From the human T2T-CHM13v2.0 reference genome, Homo sapiens: a DNA stretch of 64,000 nucleotides. The notes beneath the pieces are model-generated. The model did not search any database. It had not been told where the DNA came from and saw nothing but the letters and a program-made list of their open reading frames with translations. Every line of letters begins with the position of its first letter. Positions within the stretch are counted from its first letter, which is position 1. A program made the position numbers and the translations under genes. The stretch lies in the NCBI RefSeq assembly GCF_009914755.1, contig NC_060928.1. One strand, 5' to 3'. Positions 1 to 18,720 of the stretch are shown here, piece after piece.

Positions 1-1441
1 ATATGAATCTAAACATGTCTGAGTACAGAAATACTTTGGAATGATTCAGGAATTCGAAGCTGTTGGCAAGATTCCTTTTGCCAACAGGAATATTGGAGTT
101 GACATTTAATTCACCAGATGATAGGGGAAAACTTCTTTTCTATTGAACAATGTAAAGACTTTGGGGACAAGATGGCCTCCTTGGAGATGAAGGACTGTGG
201 ACAGGGGCATCATTGTCATTTTTATTGCTTTGAATAACTGTATATTAAAGGTTTTAAACAACTTATTAAAAGCCAATCAGTGAACAACACTACTTCAAGC
301 ACTGAGCTGGAGAAATAAAAAAGCACATTCTCAGCTGTACCAAAACTGTAATTCTAGTGGGAAGGAGGAGACACTAATGATAAGAAAGATAAAAAGAGAT
401 GGATTTTGTCAAATGGAGATAAAATATTTATAGGAGTTCCAAGGATAGAGAAGTCTTGGTGGGCTGCTGAGTACCAACGACAAGCCAGTTTCAATTCCTT
501 AAATCCCTGAAATTATCTGGAATGTACATGGCAGCACCTGTGAGGCTCCAAACCTCCACTGAACATTGAAATGCATATAACACCTGAGAAGCACGATGAA
601 CACAGTGAGGTTTATATACTTGAGTAACTCACAGGGATAGGATGCAGGCTTAGAAACAAATTAAGTGTGTGGCTTGGGGACTAGTGTAATAAACTGTCAC
701 AGGACTCTCTTAGGTAAGGTTGAGTGCATATCCTTTGTCTGGCTCTAATCTGTAATTATTATTTTTATTATTACATTTTAATCTTCCAAGACTGATTTTC
801 TTTTTTACATTTGGTTTGTCAGCTTTTCAAATAGGTTTGCATTTTCTCAAATAATTTCCCATGTTTTATCATCAATTGCTTTAGAATTATTTCTCAGAGC
901 CCGAGTCTGGGCTGAATAACAGATATCATTTCTGACAGCTGTAAAGTGAGGCTAACGAACATCCCAATGAGGATGTACCATGCCAGGTTCATCCATCCAG
1001 CTGAATTTGTATTGTGAGTGCAAATAGCTGCATGTCATGGCCCACTGCTGCCCAGGGCTGGAGTCATTTATTTAATAACTCAGTTCACAGGCATTACAGG
1101 GGAACTGTAGCATTTCATATTATTCAAGACAAATAAAAAATCAAAAAATTTTACATGGAGAAAAGTAACATTTCAGTTCTTCCCATTGACTGAGGCTGTT
1201 TAAATACTAACCGTGACAGTTAGTCCTGAGGTATAAAACATTAACAATTTATATTAGGTTCGGAAACGGTATCTCCAACTGTGTCATTTGATGGCATGTA
1301 GTTTTTCTTTGGGTTTATTGGAGAGGAATTTTAAGATGTGTTTATTTCTCTAACCTTCAGTTATTTAATGTGCAGACCATTCATGCAGTTTAGCAAACTG
1401 AACTTGCTTCTAGTTGTTAATACTTAGAAATGCTTGTGAGG

Positions 1442-1874
<433 letters not shown>

Positions 1875-2007
1875 TCAGCTTTATTTTGAATACTACAAAG
1901 TTGTCACTGAAACAGCAAGCTGCAAGTAAAACGATGAAAATTAATTTTATCAGGGGCAGGGAGGATGTAAAAAGAGCGTTAAAATAAAAACATAAAGAGA
2001 AACTTCT

Positions 2008-2336
<329 letters not shown>

Positions 2337-2597
2337 TCATAACTTAATGGTGACAAAATTTTACACTTCGGAGATATAAATGTGATGAAAACTTACTATT
2401 GTTCCTATGATTCATCTCTTGACACGTTTTATTTTACATAGTAGATTGAGAAATATTTAGTCAGCAAATGAATAAATGATTTGCTGTTGAATTTCAGAAG
2501 AGAGTCTTCAGCCTCTCAGTAGCAGTGGAAGCTTGGGGTGGGCCTGAGCTCACCCAAGACAAAATGAATGAAGGGCGAAGAAGAAAATGCCAAGTCA

Positions 2598-2958
<361 letters not shown>

Positions 2959-4259
2959 CTAGAGAGATTTGAGAAGAAAGGATGCAGGATGTAGCAGAAA
3001 TCAAGCTAACGGATCCAAAGGGTCTAATGGATTGCTTAGAGGGAAATATTGGAAAGAACAATGTTGGGGTGTTTCTAAAAGGGATGGCTAGATGGCAACA
3101 TTTTGAGGAAGCAATAGGAAGTGAGGAAAAAAGACAATTTAAAAAGCTATTCTTTCCAAAAGACTGGCTGGAACGTAAGGAGAAAGGACAGACATTAACA
3201 GTAGGCAGAAGTGGCATTCGGAGTGGGAATAGTAGACATGACTGGTGGCCTTTTCATGTTTCCTGAGCTCTCACCATGTCCCTGCAGGTAATTCTGAGAC
3301 CTACACTGTGTTCTGTCTGCCAGAGTCCCCAAGAAGGTATAGCTGCAGGTGCACACTGTATCCTCTTACTTGATTAGAAACTTGATTAGTAACACCCCTT
3401 TGTTGACTTCCTCCATTTCCTGTGTCACATTGCCATCCCCTATCTGAATACTTGTACCTGACTTCTTGTCTAAGGGTTTGTTTCTAAGGATCCCAGACGG
3501 AGACAGAATTTGTTGACAGGCAGGAGTTAATGGAAAGGGCAAGTCTGAAGACATAGAAAAGAGAAGAAATAATTGATAGAGCAAAGACTTCATGAATTGA
3601 GAGAGCAAGGTGGTGAGCTAGGAGTCTTGATGAGTATGGTGGAGATAGCTATAACTGAGACCAGAAAAGTGTGGAAGGCTTGCAGAGAACTATAAAAAGT
3701 CTCAAGTCAACTGGATGCTATTATTGACATTGGGTAGCAAAACAAAAACAAAAAACCACCCACACAAACAAAAACAACAGCAGAAACAAAAAACCCGCAC
3801 AAAGCTAAATTATCATGTGTAAAGCACTTCAAACATCATTTGTCTTGTTGATACTGATATTTTACAATTTCGGGAAAAATCCACTTCAAATGTAATAGAA
3901 ACTTGAAAGTTATTCTTCTGTGCACTGCAAAACTAAAGGACAAAATTGAATTCGTTTGAAGAAAAAAAAGGTTCTTAATCTTCTTGGATTTTTTCACAGA
4001 GATGAGATTTTGAAAAAGTATTTTAAAATAAACTTAATTTTCTGTGGCCTCATACGTAAAATCATTTTTTAAAAAGTTTGTATATGAAGAGCCTTTCAAA
4101 TACAAGAATAAAATATTGATAACGAATGGAGTATGGCAATTTAAAACATTTACCACATTTTGCTTCCTTGTCTCTCCCTTTTTTTTTTTTTTTTAAAAAG
4201 CACAGATTAAACTGTTAACAACTTAGCAATTAAAGCCTGATGGCAGGAATCTGTGTAAA

Positions 4260-4362
4260 GTGATCCCTTCATTCACCCAACATTTGCTGATAATCATCCT
4301 GTGCCAGTTGCTGTGCCAGACGTTAAAGATAAATGAAAGACCCATTTATCCCCCTGGAGGAG
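4260..4362 (-). mobile_element. L2 3' end fragment; continues at about 8081-8340
   Basis: TTCATTCACCCAACATTTGCTGA...TGTGCCAG...GAGCTGACA resembles the antisense L2 tail; L2-like sequence resumes after the L1 TSD. Confidence 0.55.
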
Positions 4363-4373
4363 CTGACACTTTA

Positions 4374-8069
<3,696 letters not shown>

Positions 8070-8449
8070 CTGACACTTTAATAAAAGAAACATACATGTA
8101 GTGAAATAAGTACAACATAGTGTGTTGAATAAAAGTTAAGAAAGGCTTTCTGAATGATGTGATGTTGAAGGTGAAGTGTGGGTCTTTAAGGATAATGGGA
8201 AGTGTAACAGTGTGACTCTGGGTGCTTAGGGCAAGTGTCCGGAGGTGAGAAATTGGGCATAGGAAGTGGAGAGGCAAAAGAGTAAAGAGAAATGAGATTG
8301 GAAAGGAACTAAAAGGCCTGATTTGGAAAAGCCTTATCTGGCACATGTATCAACTAAGATTATATTCTGGCATAAGTAACAGAAAATACTCTAGGGGCTT
8401 AAGCAGGTAAGGAGTTTGTCTTTCTCACATACCTGTCAATCCAGGGGGT

Positions 8450-8670
8450 TTTATTTAATAAACACTTTTCATAATGCCTGGTTTCTAAGCATAGGCTTGT
8501 TGCAGATATTGATTTATCTAACACTTATTACAACCCTTTGAAGTGTGTATTACTTTTATCCCTATTTTATGATGAAAAAAACTAAGACATATAGTAGTTA
8601 AGTAACTTGCTCAGTGTCACACAAATACTGGAGGTAGGTTTGAGTCCAGATGGTTTGTCTCAAGAATGCT
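8450..8670 (-). mobile_element. MIR fragment
   Basis: Core-like CCCTATTTTATGATGAAAAAACTAAGACAT...GTTAAGTAACTTGCTC. Confidence 0.65.
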
Positions 8671-9362
8671 CTGAGGAACTCCATGGACTCCACTCTGCTG
8701 TCCTGTGGGAGAGGCTCAAATCTTCAAGAGAGCAGAGAAAAAAGGATGAGACAGAAAGAAAAGTGTCCTATCTAATCTAAATACTTCTTCAGTAGATAAA
8801 AGTGAGAGATTCAATTAAAATCACACATTCCCATCATTCAAGATATCTATGTTTTTGGTGAGAGATGAAATAATGTTAATGGGCAATTAGCTACCCCAGA
8901 GTTTGGACTGTAACTACTAAAACAAAGAGAATAAACAGAGCCTACAGAATTGGAATCTTGAGAACAACTTGTCAATAAGAAGTTGATAAATACAGCAAAT
9001 GCTCACTTAGCATGGGGCTGAGTGTAATTTTGGGTTGGAAGTGTATTTAATTCTCTAAACTCTACGTGGGTGAACTTACTCAGTTTGTATAATTCTATTT
9101 TTAAAATATAGTTTTAAAATATGTTTTTATTCTAAATAAATATTTTTTTACATTTGAAGACCACTGGTGAGCTGATACACAAATATTCTTTACTGTTTTT
9201 TCCTTTGGCTTTTAAAATCTTTAAGAAAATCTAATCTGTGGTATCCAGTAAGCTAGTTTAATGCAACACTATTAGCTAAAATGTTAAATAAAATAAAGCA
9301 GCTAAAAAAACTGCCCTCTCTCATTATTCTTGCATTATCTTTGTAAGGGACACAAAACCTAT

Positions 9363-9739
9363 TGATATGGTTTGGCTGTGCCCCACCCAAATCTCATCTT
9401 GAATTGTAGTCCCCATAATTCCCATTTGTCCTGGGAGGGACCAGTGGGAGGTAATTGAATCATGGGGGTGGTTACACCCATGCTGCTGTTCTCGTGATGG
9501 TGAGTGAGTTCCTATGAGATCTGATGGTTTTATAAGGGGCTTTTCACCCTTTTACTCAGAACTGCTTCTTGCTGCCGCCATATGAAGAAGGACGTGTTCG
9601 CTTCCCCTTCCTCCATGATTGTAAGTTTCCTGAGACCTCGCCAGCCATGCTGAACTGTGAGTCAATTAAACCTCTTTCCTTTATAAATTACCCAGTCTCG
9701 AGTATGTCTTTATTAGCAGTGTGAGAATGGACTAATACA
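9363..9739 (+). mobile_element. THE1 (THE1C-like) MaLR solo LTR
   Basis: TGATATGGTTTGGCTGTG start, GGACTAATACA end, ATTAAA signal; about 375 bp. Confidence 0.92.
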
Positions 9740-10346
9740 CCTGCCATGCCTGTTCCTTACTTACTAAAAAAATTTACTCCCCTTTCTCCATAGAATGCAC
9801 GCAATTTGACCTTATGCTACACTTCCAGTCTCTACTCCTGCCTCTTTATGCTCTGTCCACATGTGATTTCTCACTATTCTCTACATGGCTTGTGCCCCTA
9901 TAAGGTTTGTGCCCTTCATTTCCTGTGCCCTCTACCTCTGGTTCCCATGCTCAGAATATCAGTGTCCTTACTGCAGGGGTGTATAAGCTCAGATCTCACC
10001 TCCTCCATGAAGCCCCTATAGACACCCAGAGAGGATTAATAATGACCCTCCTCCGTGTTTCCATAACACTGCTAGGCTTTCTCCTGAATTTTTGTTTTTA
10101 GGCTAATGAATTAGGCTTTAATCTCTTTTAACTCTAAGGTATAATTAGATGTACTATATTCACAGAATCAAGGGAATTTGAGTTGGAAAGGGCCCTAGAG
10201 ATCAGCTAGAACCACCTCCTCATTTCACCAGAAATAATTGAAATTTTAGGGGACTTGTCCAATTTACTATTTTTGGCTAGTTGTAGGACTCAAACTAGAA
10301 CTGCTTCCTGGATCTGTGCTTTTTCATTAGAATATGTTGTAGCCAT

Positions 10347-10885
10347 GTGGTAGACAGAAAAATCTGCTCCCCTCCCCTCTTCAGATGTCCATATTCTATT
10401 CCATGGAACTTGTGAATATGTTAGGTTACATGGCAAAGAGAGATTAAGGTTGTAGATGATATTAAAGTGGCTAATTAGCTAAATTTAAAATAGGGAGATT
10501 TTCCTGGGTTATCTAGGTGGGTCCTGTGTAATCACAAGAGTCCTTTAAATGTTGAAGGGAGAAACAGAAGAGTGTCAGAGCAATATGCTATGGAAAAGTT
10601 TGGCTGCCATCACTGGCTTTGAAGATAGAAGGGGCCATGAACCAGGGAATGTGGACCTCTTTTGGAAGATGAAAAAGACAAAAAAAAAAAAAAAAAAAAA
10701 AAGAAAGAAAGAAAGAAAGAAAGAAAAAGGATTCTGTCCCAGAGCCTCCAAAAGGTATATAGTCCTGCTAGCATTTTGATTCTAGTCCAGTGAGACACAG
10801 ATTTCTGACTTCCACAACCATAAGATAATAAATTTATATTGTTTTAAGCTACTGAATTTGTGGTAATTTGTTACCATAACAAGAA
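10347..10885 (+). mobile_element. MLT1D-like MaLR LTR with an internal A/(GAAA)n expansion
   Basis: GAACTTGTGAATATGTTAGGTTACATGGCAAAGAG...GGGAGATTTTCCTGGGTTATCTAGGTGGG; 3' TTTGTGGTAATTTGTTAC. Confidence 0.8.
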
Positions 10886-11071
10886 ATGCATGTACTTAAG
10901 TCCAAACAAGGTTAAATTGATAACTCAAAGCTTACTAAAGAGGAATATGATTACTGAGGGGTTTTTTTTAAGGCATATTTTATTTCCACAAACTTTGAGA
11001 TTTACTCTGAATGTTTTGGGTTCTATTTATTCATTCATCCAATGAATCTCTATTGAATGTGTGACGTTTGC

Positions 11072-11453
11072 TGTAGTAGACATTATGGTAGTTTAATTTT
11101 ATGCCTCAGTGTTTTCAGTCTTCCCTGCATCTATCTTCTTACCATGGACTCATTATGGGTGAAGGGTACTTTCTTATGCTTTGACTTTGGACTTGGCCAT
11201 GTGACTTGTTTTGGCCAATTATATGTGGGCAGAAGTGAGTGTGTCAGTTTTGAGCCAAGCTTAAGAGCCATGCTATTGCTTTAGAGAAGCTTCTCCTTGT
11301 CATCTGCTCCCTAGCCTGGATAACACATGGAACACTTGAAACAGAATATCTAGCTGAGCCCCAGACCTGTGAGTAAAGCAAACTTATTGCTCTATGCTAG
11401 TAGTGTTACTGAGTTTGTTATACAACCTTATTATGACAGTTCTTGACTGGTAC
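11072..11453 (+). mobile_element. Old MLT1 (MLT1I/J-like) LTR
   Basis: TTGACTTTGGACTTGGCCATGTGACTTGTTTTGGCCAAT motif typical of old MLT1. Confidence 0.65.
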
Positions 11454-13819
11454 TGTCATGTAAACACATGATCTAAACACACCTGAATAGAAGCATAGGC
11501 AGTATCGTAGAGGTATTTCAAGTATAAAGGAGAGTTGTGTCAAAGCACCTGACTCTTGCTGGGAGAATCAAGGAAGTCTTCAGAGATGAAATGACATTTG
11601 AGCTGAATCATAAAGGATGAATATGATTTCTTTAGGTCAATAAAGGGTGTGGGTGAGTAGATAGGAAAGGTTATGCGAGGTAAGTAAAATAACTTTAAGC
11701 AGATTTAAAGGTAATTTAGTTTCAGCTGAAGGAGCTGGTAAATATGCCCTTTCTTTATTTGGAGTTTGCTTTTTTTGATACTTTTTCTATAGAATGTGAA
11801 AAGTAATATTTCCCAAGTAGTTTGTTAAACAGATCTCATGTCTGCTTTCTGAAGTGATAATTACAAGATTATGTCAAAACCTGTTTAAGAGAGTGAGAGT
11901 GTGGAAGAAGCAAGAAATAAAGAGGGACTCATTTTAAGAGGTCTCTCATGGTCCAGGTAGATTCTATGCCTCCTTCGTGGGCAGAATCAATTTCCTGTCT
12001 CTCTTCTTATGTATAACAGGATGGTAGCAAAATCACGCATCTTTTTCTGAGATGATTTTTAATGCAAAATTGTACTTTCCATCTGAATTGTTCTTGGCTC
12101 ACTTGGATTGTTAAGTGGTCTTAATTAAGCATGGGAATCAATAACTAAGAAGAATTAAGAGATTGTTGGGAACATCATGACTATCATTTGTAAACTATAT
12201 CATGAGTGGTGCTTATGAGACCAAAGCCATTGTTTTATTTCCTCAGTGTTTTGGTGTTTTCTGAGGTCTGGGGTATCCTCCTGTACCCTAACCCTAGTTG
12301 GCATTTTCCACATGCACACTTTCAGCAACAAGGGAAAGAGGAGACAGTGTAGAATCCTTTCCTTCTAGAGAGAACAGCGACATTTTCCAAATGATCATGG
12401 GTCAATAGTATCTTTGTCTAAAAAGATTGATATATGTCATGATTTCAACAGTTTTGGAATTTGTTCAACAAGAGCGGTCTTGGGAATACTTAAGAGCATG
12501 TGCACATTGAGATGTGTGTTAACACCTCTCACTATCATATCTGAAATTTCCAATTTTAATTCTTGTGTAATATATTCTTGTTACTTAAAAAATTTCATAT
12601 TCACATACCCAAATTCTATGCAACCTGCAGGAAAACATGCATACTCTTTCTCTATGGCAAATGGCATGCAATTCTGGCATGAGCAGGGTTAGAAATGTTA
12701 ATGAAGAGGGATCTGCAAGTGTAACTAATATGATCTCATATTTAAACAATTCACAAATCAATACCATGGTTGGATTTAGATACCAGATGTCAAACCACAT
12801 AGTAATGCAGATACAGTTGCTTGCCTCCCTGTAGCTGGTCGCCAGAAAGAAACAGATGGTTAAAAAGATATGTAGCCGAGGCAAGGCATGGAAATAGGAA
12901 ACCACAGAGCAGAAATTCTGCCATTTAAGTAACAGTAATTTTCTAGTCTGAAAAACCTGGCTGTTTTATACCTCCACTTATACACTTAAGCAGTTTAAAT
13001 GTGAAACATAGCAAAAATAGTCCAAGCAAGGCTGGCAACTTGCAAATTTTGCAATGCATAATTGCATCTCAAAAATCTCGGAGGCAGACGCACAGCAGTA
13101 AAAAGTAAACACTTGTATGCAGTTGAACACAATTATGTGGTGGTTATTACCTTAGCTCATTATGGCATCAGAAGGGACTCTGTGAACTTGTGCTCTAACT
13201 AGCAGGTCAGGCAAAATGCAAATAAGTACCAAATTTGAAAGCGAGTGACAAAAAACAGATACAATTTAGACTGGGAGTCTATAATTTGGCTTTTAAAAAT
13301 AATCCTCAGCAAGAATTATCCTCATTACAATAATGGCTTGTTTATTCTGCACAACTTGTTTGCAATTACAGACCCTCTTTCAAAGCTGATTTCAACAAGA
13401 AATAAGAGCATACAAAAAAGGGAGAGCTTTGTGGCTGGTCAGTTGTTATAATTAGAGTTGATGCATATATGTGTCATAAAACCATTTACGCCTTTTCTCC
13501 AAATCTTTTAATTTCAGATTTCTGTCACTAAAATCTAAAGTCTGAAATAGTCTTTTATTCTAAAGAAATCATTATAATTGAATTTCTAATGAGGGTGTCT
13601 ATGGAGCTTTGTTCATGGTATTCCTATTATAGAACTGGAGTCCTCTGCATCTATTATGGTCAGGTGACCATGAAATGATGAGCTACAGCTGTTACAGGGC
13701 ATGTCTCTGCTGGTGCTTAATTCATAGCAAATACACATTTTATTGCTAATGTGCTTCCTCATTCATTTCTTCAAATATTTATTCAAATATTTATGGGGTA
13801 CCTACAACGAGAAGGCATA

Positions 13820-14020
13820 GATCATGGTTAAGGATGCCAGACAGCTTGGGCTGGAATCTTGGCCCAGACATTTACTAGTTGTGTGACCTGGGACCTCTGT
13901 GCCTCAGTTCCTCCCGTTTTAAAATGAAGACAATTATAACTCCCTTATAGGATTGTTATGAAGATTAAATAAGTTAATATACCTAAAAAACTCAGAAGAA
14001 TACTTGACACATAGTAATGT
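13820..14020 (+). mobile_element. MIR within an L2 remnant (about 13760-14400)
   Basis: CTCTGTGCCTCAGTT...AAAATG...ATAGGATTGTTATGAAGATTAAAT MIR core; flanks are L2-like. Confidence 0.75.
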
Positions 14021-14699
14021 GCTGCCTGTTGTTATTTGCTGGGCCTTGGGGGCAGAGTAGTGAACAAGACGGGGTTGATTTCTACCTTCATAGAATTTTT
14101 GTTCTGGGAAAGAGGGAAGAAGGCATTCAGCAATGAATCATCCATTTAATTATTAAATTACATTGGAATTAAGAGCAATAGGGAAGGATAAAACTGTGAA
14201 GGTATTGTATAAAATGGGAACTTGACCTGTTCTGAGTAGGTTTCTGCCTTCCTGAAAGAAGTGATATTTGAGATCTGAAGGATGGGTAGGAGTTACTTAG
14301 AAGAGATATTAGGGAAGTTGCTTTCCCTACAGAAGCCATAGGAGAGATGAAAGGTTTAACGTGGGAAATTCAATTAGAGACCCTGTGGCTGGAAATGACT
14401 CAGTCAAACAATTATAAAAATAGTTTAATTATAAATTGAGTTTTCCTGTCATTGATTCTTGTTTTTCCAGTGAGACCCTACCATGCTTTGCAAGCCTTTC
14501 ACTCATGCAACTCACAGTGAAATCCTGGGCTTTTCATTGATGTAGATGTTTCTGGGTTTTTTTCCTAGCTCATGACAAAATTGGTTTCCACTGCACTTTG
14601 TTGTATTCAGAGAAGTCAAATAAAAGTCCCAATTGAAAAATACATGAAAATAGATGTCTAATAAGCCATATATATTATACATATATGTATTTTTATGTA

Positions 14700-15390
14700 T
14701 GTATATACAATTTTATGTTAATAAAATTGTAAGTTGCTTTTATACCATATATAGCATTTTATATTGTGTTTTTTTCTTAAGATTCTTCACAAATTTTTCC
14801 TTACGTTTCATGCTATTCTTAGAAAATAAGGTTTTAAGCTATTTTAAAATATAGTGCATGGCTGTTTCTTAATTTATTTACCCATAGAACCTTTAGATTA
14901 TTCCCAAATTTCCCATTATAAATCATGCTGTAAAAACATCTTTCTAAAACTCTTTGGGCAAATTTCCTTATACTAGATTCTCAGGAGTAGTATTACTATG
15001 TCAAGAACAATGAATTTCTGTTTAAGATTCTTTATACACATAGCAAAATTTCTCTACAGAAATACCACATTGAATGTACCAGCAGTAAATGAGATTGCTT
15101 ATTTCAATACTTTTTCAACAGTATTGAGTATTGATAACTAAAACATAGAATCTTGTTTTAATTTACATTAATACTTGCTCTGTTCATATTTATTTTACTT
15201 TCTTTATGAATCCGATCTTTGCCAGTTTATGTACCAGGATGTTAATTTTTTCACACTGATTTTTTAAGAGCTCTTTTTATATTAATGGTAAAAACCCTTT
15301 GCCTGTCATATGTATGTTTCAGTTTTTCACTTTTATTTTGACGTTGCTTATATTTTTGGTGTTTGGGACTTTTTAAATTTTTACGTAATT
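14700..15390 (-). mobile_element. Highly decayed L1M fragment
   Basis: Antisense L1 ORF2 3'-like phrases (AAATTTCCTTATACTAGATTCTCAGGAGTAG, TACCAGCAGTAAATGAGA). Confidence 0.5.
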
Positions 15391-15619
15391 GAAATCCTCC
15401 TCACTTGCCTTAGATACTCCCTGTAAATATTCCATGTGAGCCTTGCAGTTCTCTAAAATATTACTGTGAACTTTAGGCTCAAATTTATTTACATAAAATA
15501 AATAATGAATTTTTAAAGCAAATAGCTATTGAGTTATTTAGAGAAGTTTCTCAATGAGGAATATTAACAATATTGTAAAGTTATCAAAAAAATAACTTCA
15601 ACTTCATCCTGTCTTTTCT

Positions 15620-16054
15620 TTTTTTAAGTTTTATTTTATTTATAATTGACACATAATAATTGTACATATTGTGGGGTACAGTGTGAAGTTTCAATGCATG
15701 TATACATTATATGATAATCAAATCAGGGTAATTAGCATCACTTTAAACATTTATCATTTACTTGTGGTGATAACATTCAAAATCCTCTCCTACTCCTTCC
15801 CTTCCTTCTGTCCTTCTCAGCCTCTGGTAACCACCATTCTACTCTCTATTTCCATGAGATCAACCTTTTTAGATTCTGCATATGAGTCAGATCGTGTGAT
15901 GTTTGTGTTTCTATGCCTGGCTTATTTTCTGTGGATGAATGGATAAAGAAAATGTGGAATGTATGTATACAATGTAATACTATCCAGCCATAAAGGAGAA
16001 TAAAATTCTGTCATTTGCAACAACGTGGATGAATCTGTAGGACATTATGTTAAG
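15620..16054 (-). mobile_element. L1MA-type 3' end with an inverted 5' segment (about 15929-16054 in + sense)
   Basis: Antisense TATAATTGACACATAATAATTGTACATATT...CCTGGCTTATTT, then sense GTGGATGAATGGATAAAGAAAATGTGG...GGACATTATGTTAAG. Confidence 0.78.
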
Positions 16055-16245
16055 CAGTGTTCTTTCTAATACCATTTTCCTCATTATATTTTTGAACAGA
16101 TGAGCCTGAGACGTGTAGGCATTGTTTACCCTTCCCTGAGTTTATAATGTTTTTCTCAACTGGACCTAAGGTCTTTGATTTTATTAACATAAAGTGGAGT
16201 TCATCTTCTGAAAGTCTTTTCATTGGCCATAATGTAAACTTTTAT

Positions 16246-16276
<31 letters not shown>

Positions 16277-16347
16277 CACACACCCCATATGTAGTTATAT
16301 ATATATATGTAGTTTTATATATATAGTTTTATATACAGTTATATATA

Positions 16348-16402
<55 letters not shown>
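16246..16402. repeat. Compound (CA)n + (TA)n microsatellite
   Basis: CA run at about 16246-16283, then interrupted and pure TA runs to 16402. Confidence 0.97.
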
Positions 16403-16404
<2 letters not shown>

Positions 16405-17479
16405 GTGTAATTGTTCAGGATAGGTGAACCACCAAGTAACTGAACCTGACCTGATTATTAATATATAGGAATCTTTCTAATAGATTTAGAATTATTATGT
16501 ATTTTCATTGCATTGTTGCACTTAAAACAGTTGAAAGCTAAAGTTAATTTCTATGGCTATTTAGATTTTTATTAGAGCCGTACAATCATTTGGTATGCTC
16601 TTTAATGTAGTCTTCTTATTAGTGAGGTAAACCTACAATCTTTCTATTTAAGTACTGTGAATTGTTATGCATATAGAATGTAGGTATGTTGAAAACATTG
16701 CATGTGTGTATTAGAAGCCAAATTTATGGCTACAAGTTGATCTGTGAAAGTATAATGCTGATTTCAAACATATATGTAAAGCCATAATTAAAATTTTTGT
16801 GCTTAATTTTTTTCCGGAGTTTTTAAGTATTTATTCTAATGATGTAAGTGTTTTCATTTATAAAGCTTTGCTTGCAGAATTATCTTCAAACCAGTTTATA
16901 AACCATGGAAAAATATCCAAGTCTCAAAAAAAAGGCTTCGAACTTAAGCTGATTTCCTTTTATTTATTATCTTTGATCAAATAATGAAATTTTGACTCCA
17001 TTAAGGGTAGTCAAATGAATATATTCTAAACTCTGAAGGTATTTGAAGCATCTTGCAACACATACTTGCACCTGCATGCACACATGCACACACATTAGGA
17101 AAGTATTGTAAATAGTTAAGGAAACTTTGATGAGTGGAAATAAATGTAAGAAAATAATCCTTTGTATTATCCTACAGAAGTACCCACACTACATGTTTTA
17201 TGTAGTTGTTGGAGGTAGGTTATAAATTTGTTTCTACTTGTAGTCAGAGGAAAGAAAGAAACAAAATGAATTATAAGATGCACAGTGTTTGTAAGACAAA
17301 AACACACCATTGTTCTGGAGAAGCACACTGTTTCTGACACTGAGACCTAAGCAAAAGCTTTTCCCTGATTTTTTTTTTTTAAGAGGACACTAACTATGGC
17401 ACCTCTTCTACATATAACCACAGGGGCAGACATCATAGTGCAAAAGGTCAGTAGACAAGTTGTTCAAAAATATTAAAAA

Positions 17480-18170
17480 TATCAGAAAATATATATACAA
17501 TAAAAAGCAAGTAAACTGAAAATGTATTTGAAATAGATGTGACACTCAGAGTTAATAGTTCTCACATATTTCAATGACAAAAAGATGAATCTTTTAATAG
17601 AGAAAGAGACAAGGGATATGAACAGGCAATCTCAAAAGAGAAAATACAAATGACTAAAAAAATTAGAAAACTCTGTTATCATTAGAAATAGAAGTGCAAA
17701 TTGGAACATCAAATGGAAAATGTTTGCATAGTAAATGGGCATAAATTAAAATAATATTCATTTTTGTGAGGATTCAAGAAACTTGCAGTCTCAAGCACTG
17801 CTACTGAGTATGTAAATTGATATAACTTTTCTGAAAGGTATTTTGACAATGTATATAAAAAGTCTTAACAGCCCGCTTACTATATGACTTGGTAATTCTT
17901 CTACTAGAAATATGGTATCAGGAAATAATCCAAGATACAGACAAATATTTGGTAGCTGCAAAAAGGCTCATGACAATGTTGTTTACACTAAGGAAAATTC
18001 AAATGTACTCAACACGCAACAATGAAGGTTTTATTTTAATAAATTATGGTACATCGCATATTATCAGAATAACAATAAAATTATAGATAATATTTCTTGT
18101 CAGGACAAGATATACACAATATAATGGTTAGCGAAAAATCAGGTTACTACACAGTATATGAAGTATTATT
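17480..18170 (+). mobile_element. Ancient L1M ORF2/3' remnant
   Basis: GGATATGAACAGGCAAT...GAAAATACAAATGACT...GTATGTAAATTGATATAACTTTTCTGAAAGG. Confidence 0.6.
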
Positions 18171-18681
18171 CTATACCTAACGTATGGACTGAATTGTGTG
18201 CCCCCAAAATTCATAAGTTGAATGTCTGAACTTCCCTCCTTTCCCTCTTTTTTCCTGCCTCCCTCCCTCCCTCCCTTCCTCCCTCCTTCCCTTCCTCCCT
18301 CCGTCCCTTCCTTCTCTCCTTCTACTTTTATTTCAATAAATTTAGGTGTATAAGTGGTTTTTGGTTACACAGATAAATTGTTTGGTGAAGTCTGGGCTTT
18401 TAGTGTACCTGTCACCCAATAGTGCACACTGTACATAATAGTTAATTTTTAATACCTTATCCTCCTCCCACCCACTCCCCTTCTGAGTCTCCAGTGTGCA
18501 TTATACCATTCTGTATGCCTTTGCATACCCATAGCTTAGCTCCCATTTATAAGAAAGAACATGCAGTATTTGATTTTTCATTCGTGATTTACTTCACTTA
18601 GGATAATGGCCTCCAGTTCCATCTGGCTTGCTGCAAAAAACATTATTTTGTTCCTTTTTATGGCTAATATTCCATGGTGTG

Positions 18682-18720
<39 letters not shown>

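Noticed and set aside
60-87. 10-bp stem CTGTTGGCAA/TTGCCAACAG, resembling an NFI site
   Set aside because: Single short hairpin expected by chance; the TTGGC-GCCAA spacing is 12 nt, not the canonical 5
10680-10728. A-run and (GAAA)n in MLT1D as a separate retro-insertion (likewise the A-run at about 21130-21152)
   Set aside because: No TSD; they sit at A-rich positions of the LTR, so slippage is sufficient
12414-12905. Overlapping 65-106 aa ORFs in unique DNA
   Set aside because: No recognisable domain or convincing splice boundaries; lengths expected at random
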